DNA of 64,000 nucleotides from Octopus vulgaris. Its lineage: Eukaryota. This document shows, one piece after another, positions 62,185 to 64,000 of this stretch. Under the pieces are notes generated by a model. It saw only the letters and a list, made by a program, of their open reading frames with translations. It was not told the DNA's origin and did not search any database. Both the position numbers and the translations under genes were made by a program. The DNA is taken from contig OX597824.1 of the NCBI GenBank assembly GCA_951406725.2, forward strand, positions 96,100,001 to 96,164,000, given 5' to 3'. Every line of letters starts with the position of its first letter. Positions within the stretch are counted from its first letter, which is position 1.

Positions 62185-64000
62185 CTAAAATTAAGAATAA
62201 AGGTTCTTAGAATAATGTAAGTTCCTACTGAAAGCTAACTGGATTTCTTTACTAGCAGCATATTTTGTAAATAAAACATATGCAAAAATATACAGAAGAA
62301 AGAAAGAATATGGAACTTAAAATGGACAAAGCAGAATCAGCATAAACAAAATGAAAAAATAGGAATTGGGTTGGAGAAGGGTCACATAAAACTGGGATCG
62401 AAAAAATTTTGTCAAATTCAACGACTTAATAAGCTTTGTTTATCTATGCTAAGTATCTGGGATATGGATAATAATTACATCACAAAGACAGTTGCCAATC
62501 TTTGTTCTTTTTTAGTTAGTAGCTAATCCCACAACAATGCAGAATTTTAAATGGTTTTTTTTTTTTCGTATTATAGCAATATGTAAAAGACACACACACA
62601 CACACACACATAAAGGAGAAAAAAAATTAATAATAGTTATATTATTTTACATTCTATTATCTTTATAAATTTGAATTGTTTAAAATTGGTCAGTGATTAG
62701 AGATAGGATTTCAGTCATAACAATCAATATGTTTAATGATGGGTTAATTTTTTTTATTAGTAAACTTACTAGATATGTGAAATCTGGAAAAGGAAAACTC
62801 TAGTGATTAAAAGGAAAATAAGTCACAGAAATGTTTAAAAATCTAAAAGCTAAAACCATGACTGGTTACTACTAGACATATTCTTCAGCCACACTAAAAG
62901 CATCTTTAAAACACCTGTAGGAAAGGAAAGAAATCAATTCTATATTCCTGAGATGAGGGAATTATATTATGCATACTGCTTATATTAATTAGTCAGACTG
63001 ATATCCTCATCTTGATTGTTGCTTTCACTACATTTTGGCTGTTGTATGCTCCAGCCTTCTTCAGATGTTTTCGGTTGAACTCAGTTGTATCAGAATTTTG
63101 AACTTAACACTATTTGATCCATGGTACTAATTCACAAAAGATGTCACAAAATGCAGAGAGCAGAATGAGAACAGTGTACCCCCGTGGGTCAAATAAAGGG
63201 TTAGGCTCAAAATTCTGATAGAACCAAGTTCAACAGAAGAGATCTGAAGAAGGCTGGAATGTACAACAGCTGAAAAGTAGCAAAAGCAACCATCAAGATG
63301 AGGACACCAGTTCAACAAATATAAACCGTGTACATACAAGAGAAATCAGCAATAATGGTTTTTACTTAAATAGTTAATATTTTGTTCAACAGGATGCAGT
63401 TTATTTACACACACACACACAGGAGAGAGAAACACTATAGACAGAAACAGAATACTTTCTGCTAAAAACTTGTCTAATAAACGAAAAGGCAGCCATAGCA
63501 ATGGTTAGTGCATTCATGAATTATAACATTGTGCGAGCGAGGAAAGAAAATCACTATGGAGAAATATTTATATATATTAGGTAAAAATTTGATTTATTAA
63601 GTCATTTTATATATAAAAAAAAAATTAATCCACAAAATTGGCAGAATCCTGTTTAAAGTGGCAGGGAGAGGTCTGGGGAATGGGTAAAATTAATAGCCAT
63701 GTATTTATTTACACCCGCCGCTTTGTAATTAGAAAAAGTTTTTAAGGGAGGAAGCAGACCACAAATATAATTGCTAACCTGATATCAAATTTACAGTAAT
63801 TCCTAGTTTCTCATGCCATAAATGGAGAGAATACCAAAGACATGCAACTCAAAACTAAAATCAAAGACTTAGCACCAATAACAAAACAGGTAATTTAGAT
63901 TCATAACTATTTTAATATATAATAAGCAAACCAAATAATAGTCTTTCGACTGCAAGAGCCAAAATAAGAACAAAAATATTTAAAAAAAAAAAACACATAA

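Overview
Eukaryotic, AT-rich, repeat-dense genomic DNA. The repeat families and (TA)n/(GAT)n microsatellites suggest an octopus or other coleoid cephalopod (inference). Three genes are supported. (1) The first 13 coding exons of VPS39/Vam6 (HOPS subunit) lie on the minus strand at 34642->589, and the gene runs off the left edge. (2) An intronless TRPT1/Tpt1 (tRNA 2'-phosphotransferase) ORF lies on the plus strand at 35272-36186, head-to-head with VPS39, and carries an N-terminal 35-aa tandem repeat. (3) The 3' zinc-finger exons of YY1 lie on the minus strand (62184->58498), with two probable extra C-terminal exons; the 5' part is beyond the right edge. The rest is tRNA-derived SINEs, RTE-LINE 3' ends, Helitrons, hAT/mariner/piggyBac-type MITEs, fold-back elements, transposase fossils and simple repeats. 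Almost all other ORFs in the track are repeat-derived noise. Most notable: an apparent 11-nt insertion that displaced the VPS39 start codon and leaves a 93-codon overlapping frame across five exons; the repeat-extended intronless TRPT1 and its shared promoter with M-box/CLEAR-like motifs; minimal hammerhead-ribozyme-like motifs in repeats; a CpG-rich fold-back element with a ~26-bp flanking duplication; and a candidate 14-nt poison microexon in YY1. All exon and repeat calls were made by eye; repeat boundaries are approximate.
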